From Clostridia bacterium (GTDB taxonomy: Bacteria; Bacillota; Clostridia; UMGS1883), in the NCBI GenBank assembly GCA_045546275.1, contig JAZQCM010000042.1, positions 70,146-134,145 on the forward strand: a stretch of 64,000 nucleotides of DNA, read 5' to 3'. Made by a program: the position numbers and the translations under genes. This document shows positions 54,833 through 64,000 of the stretch, in pieces (position 1 is the first letter of the stretch; the number at the start of each line of letters is the position of its first letter). The notes under the pieces were generated by a model. The model worked only from the letters and a program-made list of their open reading frames with translations, had not been told where the DNA came from and ran no database searches.

Positions 54833-56149
54833 ATGCTCAAGGCTGATGTTGTAATTGTCGGCAGTGGTGTTGCAGGACTTTTCTGTGCACTTAATCTGCC
54901 TGAGAACATGAATATTATTATTGTCACCAAGGACAAGGTTGAAAACAGCGATTCGTCTCTTGCACAGGGTGGCATATGCGTTTTACATGATGAAAATGAC
55001 TATGACAGCTTTTACGAAGATACAATGAGAGCAGGTCATTACCAAAACAATCCCGAAAGTGTTGACATTATGATAAGAAGCTCAAGGGACATTATAAACA
55101 CACTCATAGAAAACGGGGTTAGGTTTGAAAGGGATAAGAACGGTAATCTTCTCTACACTAAAGAGGGCGCTCATTCAAGAGCAAGAATTCTTTTCCATAA
55201 GGACGTTACAGGTAAGGAAATTACATATAAGCTCATTGACAAGGTTAAAAAGCTTGACAATGTTCAGATTATTGAAAACTTTGCAATGATTGACATTATC
55301 GAAAAGGATAATGTGTGTTTGGGCATTGTGGGCGTTGACAATGAGGGCAACAAGGGTGTAATTGGTGCCAAGTGTACTGTTTTTGCAACAGGCGGCATAG
55401 GCGGTCTTTATAAAGACTCCACCAACTACCGCCACCTCACAGGCGATGCTCTGGCAATAAGCCTTGACCATGGCATAAAATTACAGGATGTTGACTATGT
55501 GCAAATTCATCCAACAGCATTTTACTCCAAAGAATACGGAAGAAGATTTCTTATTTCTGAATCCTGCCGTGGCGAGGGTGCGCTTCTTTTGAATAAAAAC
55601 AAAGAACGCTTTACAGATGAGCTTCAGCCAAGAGATGTTGTGACAAATGCAATTTTTGCCCAAATGGAAAAAGAGGGCAGCGAGCATGTGTGGCTTGACT
55701 TAACACCCATCGGTGAGGAAGAGATAAAGGGTCATTTCCCCAATATTTACGAAAAGTGCTTAAAGCACGGCTACGATATTACAAAGGAGCCTATCCCCAT
55801 CACTCCCGCACAGCACTATTTCATGGGTGGAATATGGGTTGACATGAATTCAAAAACAACAATGGAAAACCTTTACGCAGTAGGCGAAACCTCCTGTAAC
55901 GGGGTGCATGGCAAAAACCGCTTAGCGTCAAATTCGCTTTTGGAGGCAATTGTTTTTGCAAAGCGTGCAGCACTTGAAATTGGCGAAAAATTTGAAGAAT
56001 ATGAAAAAATGGTTGAAGAAAAGTTAAACGGTGAGGATATTGAAAAAGCACGTTTGAATGAAAAGTATTTTGACCTTGACAATCTTCGTGAAAGATATAA
56101 AAAGCTTGTTTTAGATGAAATTGAAAAGGAGAGAAAAAACCGTGAATGA
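54833..56149 (+). CDS. nadB: L-aspartate oxidase
   Basis: ATG at 54833 (MLKADVVIVGSGVAGL, FAD-binding GxGxxG). SLAQGGI, HPTAF, ISESCRGEGA, HYFMGGI and RLASNSLLE match the NadB/succinate-dehydrogenase flavoprotein family. Followed by nadC. Confidence 0.9.
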   Translation: MLKADVVIVGSGVAGLFCALNLPENMNIIIVTKDKVENSDSSLAQGGICVLHDENDYDSFYEDTMRAGHYQNNPESVDIMIRSSRDIINTLIENGVRFERDKNGNLLYTKEGAHSRARILFHKDVTGKEITYKLIDKVKKLDNVQIIENFAMIDIIEKDNVCLGIVGVDNEGNKGVIGAKCTVFATGGIGGLYKDSTNYRHLTGDALAISLDHGIKLQDVDYVQIHPTAFYSKEYGRRFLISESCRGEGALLLNKNKERFTDELQPRDVVTNAIFAQMEKEGSEHVWLDLTPIGEEEIKGHFPNIYEKCLKHGYDITKEPIPITPAQHYFMGGIWVDMNSKTTMENLYAVGETSCNGVHGKNRLASNSLLEAIVFAKRAALEIGEKFEEYEKMVEEKLNGEDIEKARLNEKYFDLDNLRERYKKLVLDEIEKERKNRE

Positions 56150-56993
56150 TATTACAATGAAATTAGTTTGTGACGATTTGATTTTAGCGGCACTTAAAGA
56201 GGACATCACAAGTGAGGACATTTCCACCCAGGCAGTTATGCCCAACTATTGCAAGGGCGAGGTACAGCTTATTTGTAAAGAAGATGGCGTTATTGCAGGG
56301 TTGGACATTTTCAAGAGAGTGTTTGAGCTTTTGGACGAAAATACTGTTACCGAGCTTTATGTTAAGGATGGCGATGAAGTTAAAAATAAACAGCTTCTTG
56401 CCACCGTTACAGGCGACATTCGTGTTCTTCTCTCGGGCGAAAGAACAGCGCTTAACTATCTTCAAAGAATGAGCGGTATTGCTACATATACAAAAAAAGT
56501 TGCATCACTTCTTGAAGGCACAAACACAAAGCTTCTTGACACAAGAAAGACAACTCCCAACATGCGTATTTTTGAAAAGTATGCAGTTAAGCAGGGGGGC
56601 GGTAATAACCATCGTTACAACCTTTCCGACTGTGTAATGTTAAAGGACAATCACATCGGTGCGGCAGGTGGTGTGGCTAAGGCTGTGAAAATGGCCCGTG
56701 ACTACATTTCATTTGTAACAAAAATTGAGGTTGAATGTGAAAACCTTGATATGGTTCGTGAAGCCGTTGAAGCAGGGGCAGATATTATAATGCTGGACAA
56801 TATGACAGACGACATGATGAGAGAAGCGGTTAAGATTATTAACGGCAGAGCTTTAACGGAGTGCTCAGGCAATGTAACTGCTGAAAACATTAAAAGAATT
56901 ACCGACATTGGCGTTGACTTTGTGTCAAGTGGTGCACTTACACATTCGGCACCTATACTGGACGTAAGCTTGAAGAATTTACACGCCATATAA
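56142..56993 (+). CDS. nadC: Nicotinate-nucleotide pyrophosphorylase (quinolinate phosphoribosyltransferase)
   Basis: GTG at 56142 lies 8 nt after AAAAGGAGAG; ATG at 56157 is the alternative start. ALKEDIT..DIST, GERTALNYLQRMSGIAT, LLDTRKTTP, KYAVKQGGG.NHR, DNHI and IMLDNM match the QPRTase motifs. Confidence 0.9.
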   Translation: MNDITMKLVCDDLILAALKEDITSEDISTQAVMPNYCKGEVQLICKEDGVIAGLDIFKRVFELLDENTVTELYVKDGDEVKNKQLLATVTGDIRVLLSGERTALNYLQRMSGIATYTKKVASLLEGTNTKLLDTRKTTPNMRIFEKYAVKQGGGNNHRYNLSDCVMLKDNHIGAAGGVAKAVKMARDYISFVTKIEVECENLDMVREAVEAGADIIMLDNMTDDMMREAVKIINGRALTECSGNVTAENIKRITDIGVDFVSSGALTHSAPILDVSLKNLHAI

Positions 56994-56996
56994 GAT

Positions 56997-57096
56997 AAAA
57001 ACGGAGCAAAAAGCATTTTAAAGCAACGAAAGACCATTTTGGACAGTCCCGAAATGGTCTTTAAATTTGCCTGAGTTTAGCTTGTGCTCCGTTTTT
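56997..57096. terminator. Composite bidirectional terminator between convergent genes
   Basis: The outer stem AAAACGGAGCA (56997-57007) / TGCTCCGTTTT (57085-57095) encloses the inner hairpin AAGACCATTT / AAATGGTCTT (57030-57061). T-runs occur on both strands. Confidence 0.6.
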
Positions 57097-57145
57097 GTTA
57101 TAATGCCTACGGACTTATTTTCTTCTTTTTTGCAGCTTAAAGCGG

Positions 57146-57826
57146 TTATTCTTCCGTGGTGGCATATTCTATATTGATTTCAAATCCGTTATAGCCGTTC
57201 AATGAACCTTCGGTTTTAATAACAACTTTGTCGATTGAGCCGACATTTTTTAAAATTTTGTAGGTATCATCGTAATTGTTATGCTCGCACATTACTGAGG
57301 CAGCCTTTGCTGTGATGCGTGTAATATCATCCATTGTACATTCGGCTGCAATTTGTGGCGGTATTTTTACAGTCATACCTTTAACTGTTCCGAAAGCATC
57401 TGTTTTTAAGGATATTGTTGCAGGAGTGGGTGCCGGAATTACCTCCAGTATGCCGTCTACGATTTCTGTTGAGGCTTCGCCGACAGTGTCAATAAACACG
57501 AATACGTTTTCCCCTAAGGTGCTGTTTTTGGAATGCCTTCTTATGGTGCCTGACAGGCTTTGGGATGATTGAGAGCTCATTTTGCTCTGCCATAATTCGC
57601 AATCTGCATTCCACAGCTTTATACATTCGCCAACCTTTACGCCATTGATAAAAAACATCCAATAAAGAAATGCGATAACACAAGACAGCGAAAGAGCAAT
57701 AACCCGTCTTATAATAATTTTGACGACAGGTTTTTTATATTCAACAGGCGCCGCAGGTGCCCCGCAATGTTCGCAGAATTTTACGTTTTTTTCAAGCTCG
57801 TTCCAGCAATGCTTACAATATGCCAC
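57146..57826 (-). CDS. Zinc-ribbon membrane-anchored protein
   Basis: N-terminal CKHCWNE...CEHCGAP zinc ribbon and one TM helix (VIALSLSCVIAFLYWMFFI), then an extracytoplasmic domain. Confidence 0.65.
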   Translation of the reverse strand: MAYCKHCWNELEKNVKFCEHCGAPAAPVEYKKPVVKIIIRRVIALSLSCVIAFLYWMFFINGVKVGECIKLWNADCELWQSKMSSQSSQSLSGTIRRHSKNSTLGENVFVFIDTVGEASTEIVDGILEVIPAPTPATISLKTDAFGTVKGMTVKIPPQIAAECTMDDITRITAKAASVMCEHNNYDDTYKILKNVGSIDKVVIKTEGSLNGYNGFEINIEYATTEE

Positions 57827-57842
57827 GATATCAACTCCAGTT

Positions 57843-58265
57843 TTAATTGTTAAGCTTTATTCCGCAATGTGGGCAGAAAAGGGCAGTTTCACTTAAAGTG
57901 CCGCTGCATGAAGGACAAGTGGGGGTTTCATTAAAGGGCTTGGCAGGATTTTTGCCGCAGGTGGGACAAACTGTTGCAGCGGTGCTTACCCTTTTGTTAC
58001 AGTGCATACAATGGGTCATACCTTCTCTTGCGGTTTTAGGCTTGAATTCCCATTTAACCTTTGTATAAACCTTTTCCTTAACAGCAATTTCCTTTCCGCA
58101 GGCAGGGCAGTAGGGTTCATTTATATCAACCCACCTGTTGCAACCGGGACAATGCATAAGTCCGGGAGAAGCTGTCAGGGTTTTATCCTCATTGATTGTT
58201 GTTCCGCAGAAAGCACAAAGGTCTCCTGCCTTCCATTTACCACAGATTTTACAAAAGCTCGACAT
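57843..58265 (-). CDS. Multi-zinc-ribbon protein
   Basis: 140 aa with six or more CxxC pairs (CKICG, CAFCG, CPGCN, CPACG, CMHCN, CPTCG, CPSCS, CPHCG). Confidence 0.65.
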   Translation of the reverse strand: MSSFCKICGKWKAGDLCAFCGTTINEDKTLTASPGLMHCPGCNRWVDINEPYCPACGKEIAVKEKVYTKVKWEFKPKTAREGMTHCMHCNKRVSTAATVCPTCGKNPAKPFNETPTCPSCSGTLSETALFCPHCGIKLNN

Positions 58266-58432
58266 AGTAACACCTCATTTGATACACACCTTGTAAAAAT
58301 AATATAATAATTTTCATGCAAAATCAAGTGTTTTTAAATTTTTGAGGGAGATGGGATAATAGGGGATTTCCCGGCAAGAATATATGCAAATTAAGTATAT
58401 AGAAAAAAGGCAGAAAAAGGTTATAAAAACAC

Positions 58433-58461
58433 TTGACAATATTTTTCCTTTATGGTACAAT
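58433..58461 (+). promoter_or_regulatory. rpsB-tsf promoter
   Basis: TTGACA (58433-58438), 17 nt, TACAAT (58456-58461). Confidence 0.65.
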
Positions 58462-58467
58462 ATCGGA

Positions 58468-58612
58468 GCGTAAAAATTCACACATTCTCTGAGTGCCGCC
58501 CGGTGCCCTGAAAAATCGGGGTTGGCGGACACATTGAGGAGAGTGGAGGCTGCCTTTTCATTTTGACATGGTGAGAGGGTAAAAAAACTAAATAAAAGAG
58601 AGGTGTTTTAAC
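58468..58612 (+). promoter_or_regulatory. Long structured 5' leader of rpsB (possible autoregulatory element)
   Basis: About 145 nt lie between the predicted TSS and the rpsB ATG. They contain GC-rich nested stems (GTGCCGCC CGG..CCCTGAAAAATCGGGG..GGCGGACAC). Confidence 0.35.
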
Positions 58613-59350
58613 ATGTCAGTTATTTCTATGAAGCAGCTTCTTGAAGCTGGTGTACACTTTGGTCATCAGACAAGAAGATGGAACCCCAAGATGGCAGAAT
58701 ACATTTTTACAGAAAGAAATGGTATCTACATCATCGACCTTCAGAAGACAGTAAAGAAGATTGAAGAAGCTTACGATTTTGTACGTGAAATCGCTCAGAA
58801 CGGCGGCGAAGTTCTCTTCGTTGGTACAAAGAAGCAGGCTCAGGAAACAATCAAGGAAGAAGCTATCCGTGTTGGTATGCACTACGTTGACGCTCGTTGG
58901 CTTGGTGGTATGCTCACAAACTTCAAGACAATCAAGAGAAGAATTGACCGTCTTGAACAGCTTCACAAGATGGAAGAAGATGGCACATTTGATCTTCTCC
59001 CCAAGAAGGAAGTAAGCATACTTATGGGCGAAATGGAAAAGCTCGAAAAGTACCTTGGCGGTATTAAGAGCCTCAGAAAGACTCCCGCTTGTATGTTCGT
59101 AGTTGACCCCAGAAAGGAAAAGATTGCTATCAGCGAAGCTAAGAAGCTTGGTATTCCTGTAGTTGCTATCGTTGACACAAACTGTGACCCCGAAGAAGTT
59201 GATTACGTAATTCCCGGTAACGACGACGCTATCCGTGCCGTAAAGCTTGTTACAAGCACAATTGCAAATGCAATCGTTGAAGGCAGAGAAGGTAAGATGG
59301 GCGCTGCTGCTGAAGAACAGACAGAAGAAATCGAAATCACAGTAGAATAA
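58613..59350 (+). CDS. rpsB: 30S ribosomal protein S2
   Basis: [27 protein letters not shown] is the canonical S2 N-terminus. RBS AGAGAGG. Confidence 0.95.
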   Translation: MSVISMKQLLEAGVHFGHQTRRWNPKMAEYIFTERNGIYIIDLQKTVKKIEEAYDFVREIAQNGGEVLFVGTKKQAQETIKEEAIRVGMHYVDARWLGGMLTNFKTIKRRIDRLEQLHKMEEDGTFDLLPKKEVSILMGEMEKLEKYLGGIKSLRKTPACMFVVDPRKEKIAISEAKKLGIPVVAIVDTNCDPEEVDYVIPGNDDAIRAVKLVTSTIANAIVEGREGKMGAAAEEQTEEIEITVE

Positions 59351-59369
59351 TATATAGGAGGAAAAAATA

Positions 59370-60287
59370 ATGGCTGCTATTACTGCTAAAAGTGTTAGTG
59401 AATTAAGAGAAAAGACAGGTTGCGGTATGATGGACTGTAAAAAGGCCCTCGTTGCAACTGATGGTGATATGGACAAGGCTATTGAATTCCTCAGAGAAAA
59501 AGGTCTTGCAACAGCTGCTAAGAAGGCAGGCAGAATTGCTTCCGAAGGTATCGTAAACGTTACTATTTGTGACGAATGCGGTGCAGGTGTTGTTTTGGAA
59601 GTAAACGCTGAAACAGACTTTGTTGCTAAGAACGAAGAATTCCGTAATTTTGTTGACGCTGTAGCTAAGGTTATTCTTAAGAAGAACCCTGCAGACGTTG
59701 AAGCTCTCCTTGCTCTTGAAATCGAGGACGGCAAGACAGTTGACGCTGCTCTTAAGGAAAAGATTGCTACAATCGGTGAAAACATGAACATCCGTCGTTT
59801 CGTAAGATACGAAGGTAACCTTATCGGTTATGTTCACGGTGGCGGCAGAATCGGCGTTATGGTTAAGTTTAACCTCGGCGACGAAGCAGTTGCAAAGAAC
59901 GAAGCATTTGCTGAATATGCAAAGAACGTTGCTATGCAGATTGCTGCTATTAACCCCCTCTACCTTGACCGCGCTTCTGTTCCTGCAGAAGTTGTTGAAA
60001 AGGAAAAGGAAATCCTTACAGCTCAGGCTATTAACGAAGGTAAGCCCGCTAATATCGCTGAAAAGATGGTTGCAGGCAGAATTAATAAGTACTACAAGGA
60101 AAACTGCCTTGTTGAACAGGAATACGTTAAGAATCCTGACTTAACAATCACATCCTACACAGCTGAAGTTGCAAAGAACCTCGGTACAACAATCGAAATC
60201 GTTTCCTACACACGTTTGGAAAAGGGCGAAGGTCTTGAAAAGAAGGAAGAAAACTTTGCAGACGAAGTTGCAAGCATGATGAAGTAA
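59370..60287 (+). CDS. tsf: Elongation factor Ts
   Basis: ITAKSVSELREKTGCGMMDCKKAL (UBA-like N-terminal domain) is diagnostic. Sits directly downstream of rpsB. Confidence 0.95.
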   Translation: MAAITAKSVSELREKTGCGMMDCKKALVATDGDMDKAIEFLREKGLATAAKKAGRIASEGIVNVTICDECGAGVVLEVNAETDFVAKNEEFRNFVDAVAKVILKKNPADVEALLALEIEDGKTVDAALKEKIATIGENMNIRRFVRYEGNLIGYVHGGGRIGVMVKFNLGDEAVAKNEAFAEYAKNVAMQIAAINPLYLDRASVPAEVVEKEKEILTAQAINEGKPANIAEKMVAGRINKYYKENCLVEQEYVKNPDLTITSYTAEVAKNLGTTIEIVSYTRLEKGEGLEKKEENFADEVASMMK

Positions 60288-60300
60288 TTTAAAAAACACA

Positions 60301-60340
60301 AAACGGAGCTTTCACTTGTGAAAGTTCCGTTTCTTTTTTT
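60301..60340 (+). terminator. Intrinsic terminator after tsf
   Basis: AACGGAGCTTTCAC-TTG-TGAAAGTTCCGTT followed by TCTTTTTTT. Confidence 0.8.
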
Positions 60341-60419
60341 CATAAACATTGACAAATCGCACAGATTGTTGTAAAATATAGAAGGATTATTGCGACATTT
60401 TGTAAAAGGAGCGGAAATT

Positions 60420-61109
60420 ATGAATTCGTCTAAAAATATTGAATATATTGACCTTATGGATATTGCGAAACGATTGTGGGCGTACAAGCTTCCCATGGTG
60501 GCTGTAGGCATTATTGTTGCGTTACTTTTTTCCATAAAAGTAGCTTTTTTCGTTGAAGACAGATATGTTGCATCAGGAATTTTGTATGTAACAAACCGTA
60601 GTGACGGCTCAGAAGAGGTTAACGGCGAAATCAGTAAGAGTGATATTGAAACCGCTATCAGTATGAGTACAACCTACAAAGAAATTCTTAAAACCCGCAC
60701 CTTCCTTGCTGAGGTAAGTGAAGATATCGGCGGAAAGTACAGCTGGAAGCAGATAAAAGGCATGATGAGCATTACAAACATTAACGAAACAGAGTTGCTT
60801 CAGATTTCTGTTTCGGCAAATAATCCTAAGGACGCGTACGAGGTTGCAAACAGCCTTATTAACCATGCACCCAAAAAGCTTTCGGGCATTTTCAAGCAGG
60901 GTCAGGCTGAAATTGTTGATGAACCCGTGCTTCCTACAGGTGCTGTGAACAAGGGTATTGCAGGCGAAGCTGCAAAGGGCTTTATTTTGGGCTTGTTCCT
61001 TGTTGTTGCAGTTGTTGTTGTAATCAATCTCTTCGACACAAAGGTAAGAAAGAGCGAAGAGGTTGCAAAGAGATACGATGTTTCTATCTTAGGTGAAATT
61101 CATCAGTAA
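60420..61109 (+). CDS. Wzz/CpsC-like polysaccharide chain-length determinant (BY-kinase modulator)
   Basis: ATG at 60420 after AAAGGAGCGG. N-terminal IDLMDIAKRLWAYKLPMVAVGIIVALLF (TM1), a periplasmic-type helical domain and a C-terminal TM helix. Confidence 0.8.
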   Translation: MNSSKNIEYIDLMDIAKRLWAYKLPMVAVGIIVALLFSIKVAFFVEDRYVASGILYVTNRSDGSEEVNGEISKSDIETAISMSTTYKEILKTRTFLAEVSEDIGGKYSWKQIKGMMSITNINETELLQISVSANNPKDAYEVANSLINHAPKKLSGIFKQGQAEIVDEPVLPTGAVNKGIAGEAAKGFILGLFLVVAVVVVINLFDTKVRKSEEVAKRYDVSILGEIHQ

Positions 61110-61122
61110 GGAGGGAATTGCA

Positions 61123-61938
61123 ATGAAATTAAAGCTTAAACTTAATCTTAACAAAAATAAAAAGCGTCTTCATGATGATTCCCTGGAAACGATGCAGAGA
61201 ATTCTTAACAAGGACTCTGACTTTACTGTTGTTGAAAAATATAAGGCAATGAGAACAAACATTATGTTCTCCATGACCAAAAAGGACCACGGCAGAGCAA
61301 TTGTTATCACAAGTTCTACTCCCGGTGAAGGTAAAACAACTACCACAATTAACCTTGCAATAACCTTTGCACAAACAGGTGCACGAGTTATGCTTGTGGA
61401 CTGTGACCTTCGTAAGTCAAGAATTCATCGCTATCTTGGTCTTGAAAAGAAAAATGGTGTTTCAAATGTTCTTTGCGGATTTTTAACACTTGACCAGGCA
61501 ATTAAAAAGAATGTAAGAGAAAACCTTGACTGCCTTACAGCAGGCGAAATTCCTCCCAATCCTGCAGAACTTCTTGCCTCTGAAGAATTTGGCAAGATGA
61601 TTGAACAGTTAAAGGAACGTTACGATTATATATTTGTTGACACACCACCTGTTACTGTTGTAACAGATGCTGCGGTTGCAATGAAGGTTTGCAGCGGTGC
61701 GGTAGTTGTTGTACGAAAGGATGTTACAACCTTCGACCTTTTGGACGAAACAATGGAAATCCTTAAAAACACAGGTAAAAAGATTATCGGTGTTACTATG
61801 CTTGGCACAGAAGATGCAAAGAAGGGTTATGGCTACTACAAGAAGGGTGGCAAGTACGGCTATAAGTACGGCTACAAGTACGGTTATAAATACGATTACA
61901 GGTATGAATATAAATACCAGGATGATAAGGATGAATAA
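61123..61938 (+). CDS. CpsD/CapB-type tyrosine-protein kinase (BY-kinase catalytic subunit)
   Basis: ATG at 61123 after AAGGAGGG. Walker A SSTPGEGKTTTTINLA, Walker A' VMLVDCDLRKS, Walker B IFVDTPP, and a C-terminal Tyr cluster YGYYKKGGKYGYKYGYKYGYKYDYRYEYKY. Confidence 0.88.
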   Translation: MKLKLKLNLNKNKKRLHDDSLETMQRILNKDSDFTVVEKYKAMRTNIMFSMTKKDHGRAIVITSSTPGEGKTTTTINLAITFAQTGARVMLVDCDLRKSRIHRYLGLEKKNGVSNVLCGFLTLDQAIKKNVRENLDCLTAGEIPPNPAELLASEEFGKMIEQLKERYDYIFVDTPPVTVVTDAAVAMKVCSGAVVVVRKDVTTFDLLDETMEILKNTGKKIIGVTMLGTEDAKKGYGYYKKGGKYGYKYGYKYGYKYDYRYEYKYQDDKDE

Positions 61939-61940
61939 GC

Positions 61941-62642
61941 ATGATTGATATGCACACTCATGCCTTGCCCGATGTGGATGACGGGGCAAAAAATGTTTCG
62001 GAAAGTTTATTAATGCTTTCAGAGAGCTTTAAACAAGGGGTCAGGCTTTGTGCCCTGACCCCTCATTGTATTATACACAAGCAAAAAGACCTTGAAACCT
62101 TTTTAAAGGTAAGAGAAGCCGCCTTTGAAGCCTTGAACGAGGCTTTGGTAAATAGCGGTGATGAAGTCCCAAAGCTTATTTTAGGCGGCGAGGTTTACCT
62201 TGATAATGATATTAATAATTATGAAGGTTTAGAAAGGCTTTGCTACACAGGCACAAACTATCTTTTGCTGGAGTTCCCCACCAATATCTTTAACCCGAAA
62301 TGGGCGGAATGGATTTATGAAATGAACCGCAAGGGGTTAAAAATTCTTGTTGCTCATGTTGACCGCTACCTTGAATGGGAACGAATGATGGCAGATTTTA
62401 AAGGGCTCGATGTTAAATACCAGGTTAATGCATCACGTTTTTTGAAGTTTTCCGACAGAAAGCTTTTAAAAAAGCTTTTTGAGTATAATAATGACTATAT
62501 TATTTCAAGCGACATGCACAACATGAAATCAAGAAAGTGCAACATGCAGCCTGCATACGAGAAGGCTATTAAAAAATATGCCCACAAGGCAAACTTGTTT
62601 TTTGAAAAAAATGCGGAAAGCTTATTAAAAAATGGACTGTAA
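61941..62642 (+). CDS. PHP-family tyrosine-protein phosphatase (CpsB/YwqE-like)
   Basis: The N-terminus MIDMHTHALPDVDDGA is the CpsB signature. Later: VAHVDRY and SSDMHN. Confidence 0.88.
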   Translation: MIDMHTHALPDVDDGAKNVSESLLMLSESFKQGVRLCALTPHCIIHKQKDLETFLKVREAAFEALNEALVNSGDEVPKLILGGEVYLDNDINNYEGLERLCYTGTNYLLLEFPTNIFNPKWAEWIYEMNRKGLKILVAHVDRYLEWERMMADFKGLDVKYQVNASRFLKFSDRKLLKKLFEYNNDYIISSDMHNMKSRKCNMQPAYEKAIKKYAHKANLFFEKNAESLLKNGL

Positions 62643-62663
62643 TTTTGATTACAGTCCATTTTT
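62627..62663 (+). terminator. Intrinsic terminator overlapping the CDS end
   Basis: AATGGACTGTAAT-TTTG-ATTACAGTCCATT followed by TTT. Confidence 0.7.
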
Positions 62664-62729
62664 GCAAATTTCCTTGACAGTTTTTTTGAGAATGATATAA
62701 TTAAATAAATAGAAAAGGAGTGTTTTTTT

Positions 62730-64000
62730 ATGAAAAAATTATTGGCAATTATTACTTTGGTTGCAATGCTTTTCACCCTTGCGCCTACAGCATTTGCACA
62801 AGATGCACATTACAAATTTGACATTCAGGCGGAGTTTAAAATGGAAATGGTTCAGGGCCTTGACTATTTGTCGGAAATGGCAAAGGAAACAGGCATTGAT
62901 GTTAACCGCATAGTAAATGAGCTTTTAAAAGCTAAGTACACAATGGCTGTTAAGGGCGATGTAAGTGATGATTTTCTTACAGGTTGCATTTATGCTGAAA
63001 GCTACGCAAATACTCCCATTACATTTTCTGAGGATTTAAAAATCAGCATTGACTCAAAGTTCCGTGTTTGGGCAGACTACGATTTTTCAAGTGTTGAAGC
63101 TTTTAAATGCAAGATAGTAGTTGTAAACCCCTTGAACGGAAAGTACACATATGTTGACCTTAATAGCGAAGAATTGAACGCAAACGAAGAGTTTGTTATT
63201 TACAGAGATGAATTTGTAAACACATTACAAAAGCTTGAAATTAGAAAGGGTACAAGCGAAATTTCCTCAATTGTAAAGAGCGTGTGCGAAGGAAAAGCGA
63301 AAATTGAAAAAGCACAGGATGGCTACACAATGAGCTTTAATAACAACTCCTTGGTGGAAGCAGGCTTTGAGCTTTTTGAAAAAATAATGGCAACTGATTA
63401 TGTAAAGGGACTTTTTGAGCTTGCCGAGGAAGAAATGCCCCAGCTTAATTCAGAAGAACTTGACGAAATTGAAAGCTTGGTAAAGAGTCTTAATATTTTT
63501 GCAGAGGATGCATACACACTTAAGGTTAAGTGCGATGCTTTTGGCAAGGTGAGCGAAATTGAAGAAAGCTCTCACATTCAGTGCAATCTGTACTCTGTTG
63601 CCGAAGCAATGGGTGCTGACATGGAATTAGAACCGGAATATATTACAAAGGAAAACACAAACCTTGACATAAAGCTTATTTCAACTACAAAGTTCAATAA
63701 CACACCCGGATTAGTTGAAATGCCCGTTTTAAACGAAGAAAACAGCATTGACTATATTGATGAATTCTTTGAAGCCTATGTTTTGCCTGATGAAACCTAC
63801 ACATATTCTCCTCAGAGATTTTCAAACAGCATAGTAGGCGCAAATGTTGATTCCGAGATTTACGTTGGAGCAGAGTTTTTCATTGACGACAGCAGATACG
63901 ACAGCGACAACCTTACAGGTAGTGTTGAAATTGACGAAAATAAAAATGTTACCATGATTATATCCAACGACTATATGGCACCTGTTAAAATTGAAGGTGT
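62730..64000 (+). CDS. Secreted hypothetical protein (3' end beyond window)
   Basis: RBS AAAGGAG, then ATG at 62730. Signal peptide MKKLLAIITLVAMLFTLAPTAFA. I translated the frame by hand to the window end and found no stop. It is absent from the ORF track, presumably because it has no stop in the window. Confidence 0.65.
   Translation, partial: MKKLLAIITLVAMLFTLAPTAFAQDAHYKFDIQAEFKMEMVQGLDYLSEMAKETGIDVNRIVNELLKAKYTMAVKGDVSDDFLTGCIYAESYANTPITFSEDLKISIDSKFRVWADYDFSSVEAFKCKIVVVNPLNGKYTYVDLNSEELNANEEFVIYRDEFVNTLQKLEIRKGTSEISSIVKSVCEGKAKIEKAQDGYTMSFNNNSLVEAGFELFEKIMATDYVKGLFELAEEEMPQLNSEELDEIESLVKSLNIFAEDAYTLKVKCDAFGKVSEIEESSHIQCNLYSVAEAMGADMELEPEYITKENTNLDIKLISTTKFNNTPGLVEMPVLNEENSIDYIDEFFEAYVLPDETYTYSPQRFSNSIVGANVDSEIYVGAEFFIDDSRYDSDNLTGSVEIDENKNVTMIISNDYMAPVKIEG

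Noticed and set aside
54833-56993. nadB-nadC without an adjacent nadA, as a possible anomaly
   Set aside because: nadA can be encoded elsewhere and the window gives no evidence either way, so this is not a sequence-supported anomaly.
58616-59791. 391-aa minus-strand ORF covering rpsB and the start of tsf
   Set aside because: It lies antisense to two unmistakable, highly conserved genes (S2 and EF-Ts). Its product is low-complexity (S/F/L/A-rich) with no motif. This is a classic shadow ORF.
61840-61925. YGYKYGYKYGYKY repeat at the 3' end of the BY-kinase gene
   Set aside because: This is the expected C-terminal tyrosine autophosphorylation cluster of CpsD/CapB-type kinases.

Overview
The window looks like a low-GC Gram-positive (Clostridia-like) chromosome; that assignment is inferred from gene content and signals only. 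Left core block: smc(partial)-ftsY, a UPF0182-like membrane protein, a J-domain/Cys-rich gene cluster, a SpoVB/MurJ-like flippase, DAHP synthase, then secG-rnr-smpB-ssrA(tmRNA). About 27 kb of visibly A+T-richer accessory DNA (about 16.7-43.6 kb) starts immediately after ssrA. Five direct copies of the tmRNA 3' end split it into four modules, and I recognise no integrase in any of them. Module A holds a small TM protein, a KAP P-loop NTPase and an MboI/DpnII-type GATC restriction-modification system whose first methylase is fused to an HTH. Module B holds an S8 protease and two giant secreted multidomain proteins with papain-like domains. Module C holds a zinc-ribbon/YbjQ protein and a PIN-like protein. 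Module D holds an HExxH protein, a large protein with an HEPN-like Rx4H motif, a second KAP NTPase, an XRE regulator and a truncated AraC fragment. An unusual minus-strand array follows at 43.7-44.7 kb: six mini-genes, each a near-consensus sigma-A promoter, one long closing hairpin and a U-tract. They are grouped 3+2+1, and each group ends in a conserved ~35-nt module. Right core block: a CUT1-type sugar ABC transporter, GH43, a LamG protein, an HD protein, nadB-nadC, zinc-ribbon proteins, rpsB-tsf, capsule-type Wzz/BY-kinase/PHP-phosphatase genes and a partial secreted protein. The best candidates for undescribed systems are the HExxH/HEPN-like/KAP operon, the tandem hairpin-RNA array and the integrase-less ssrA accretion structure. 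All family assignments come from motif recognition by eye, not from database searches.
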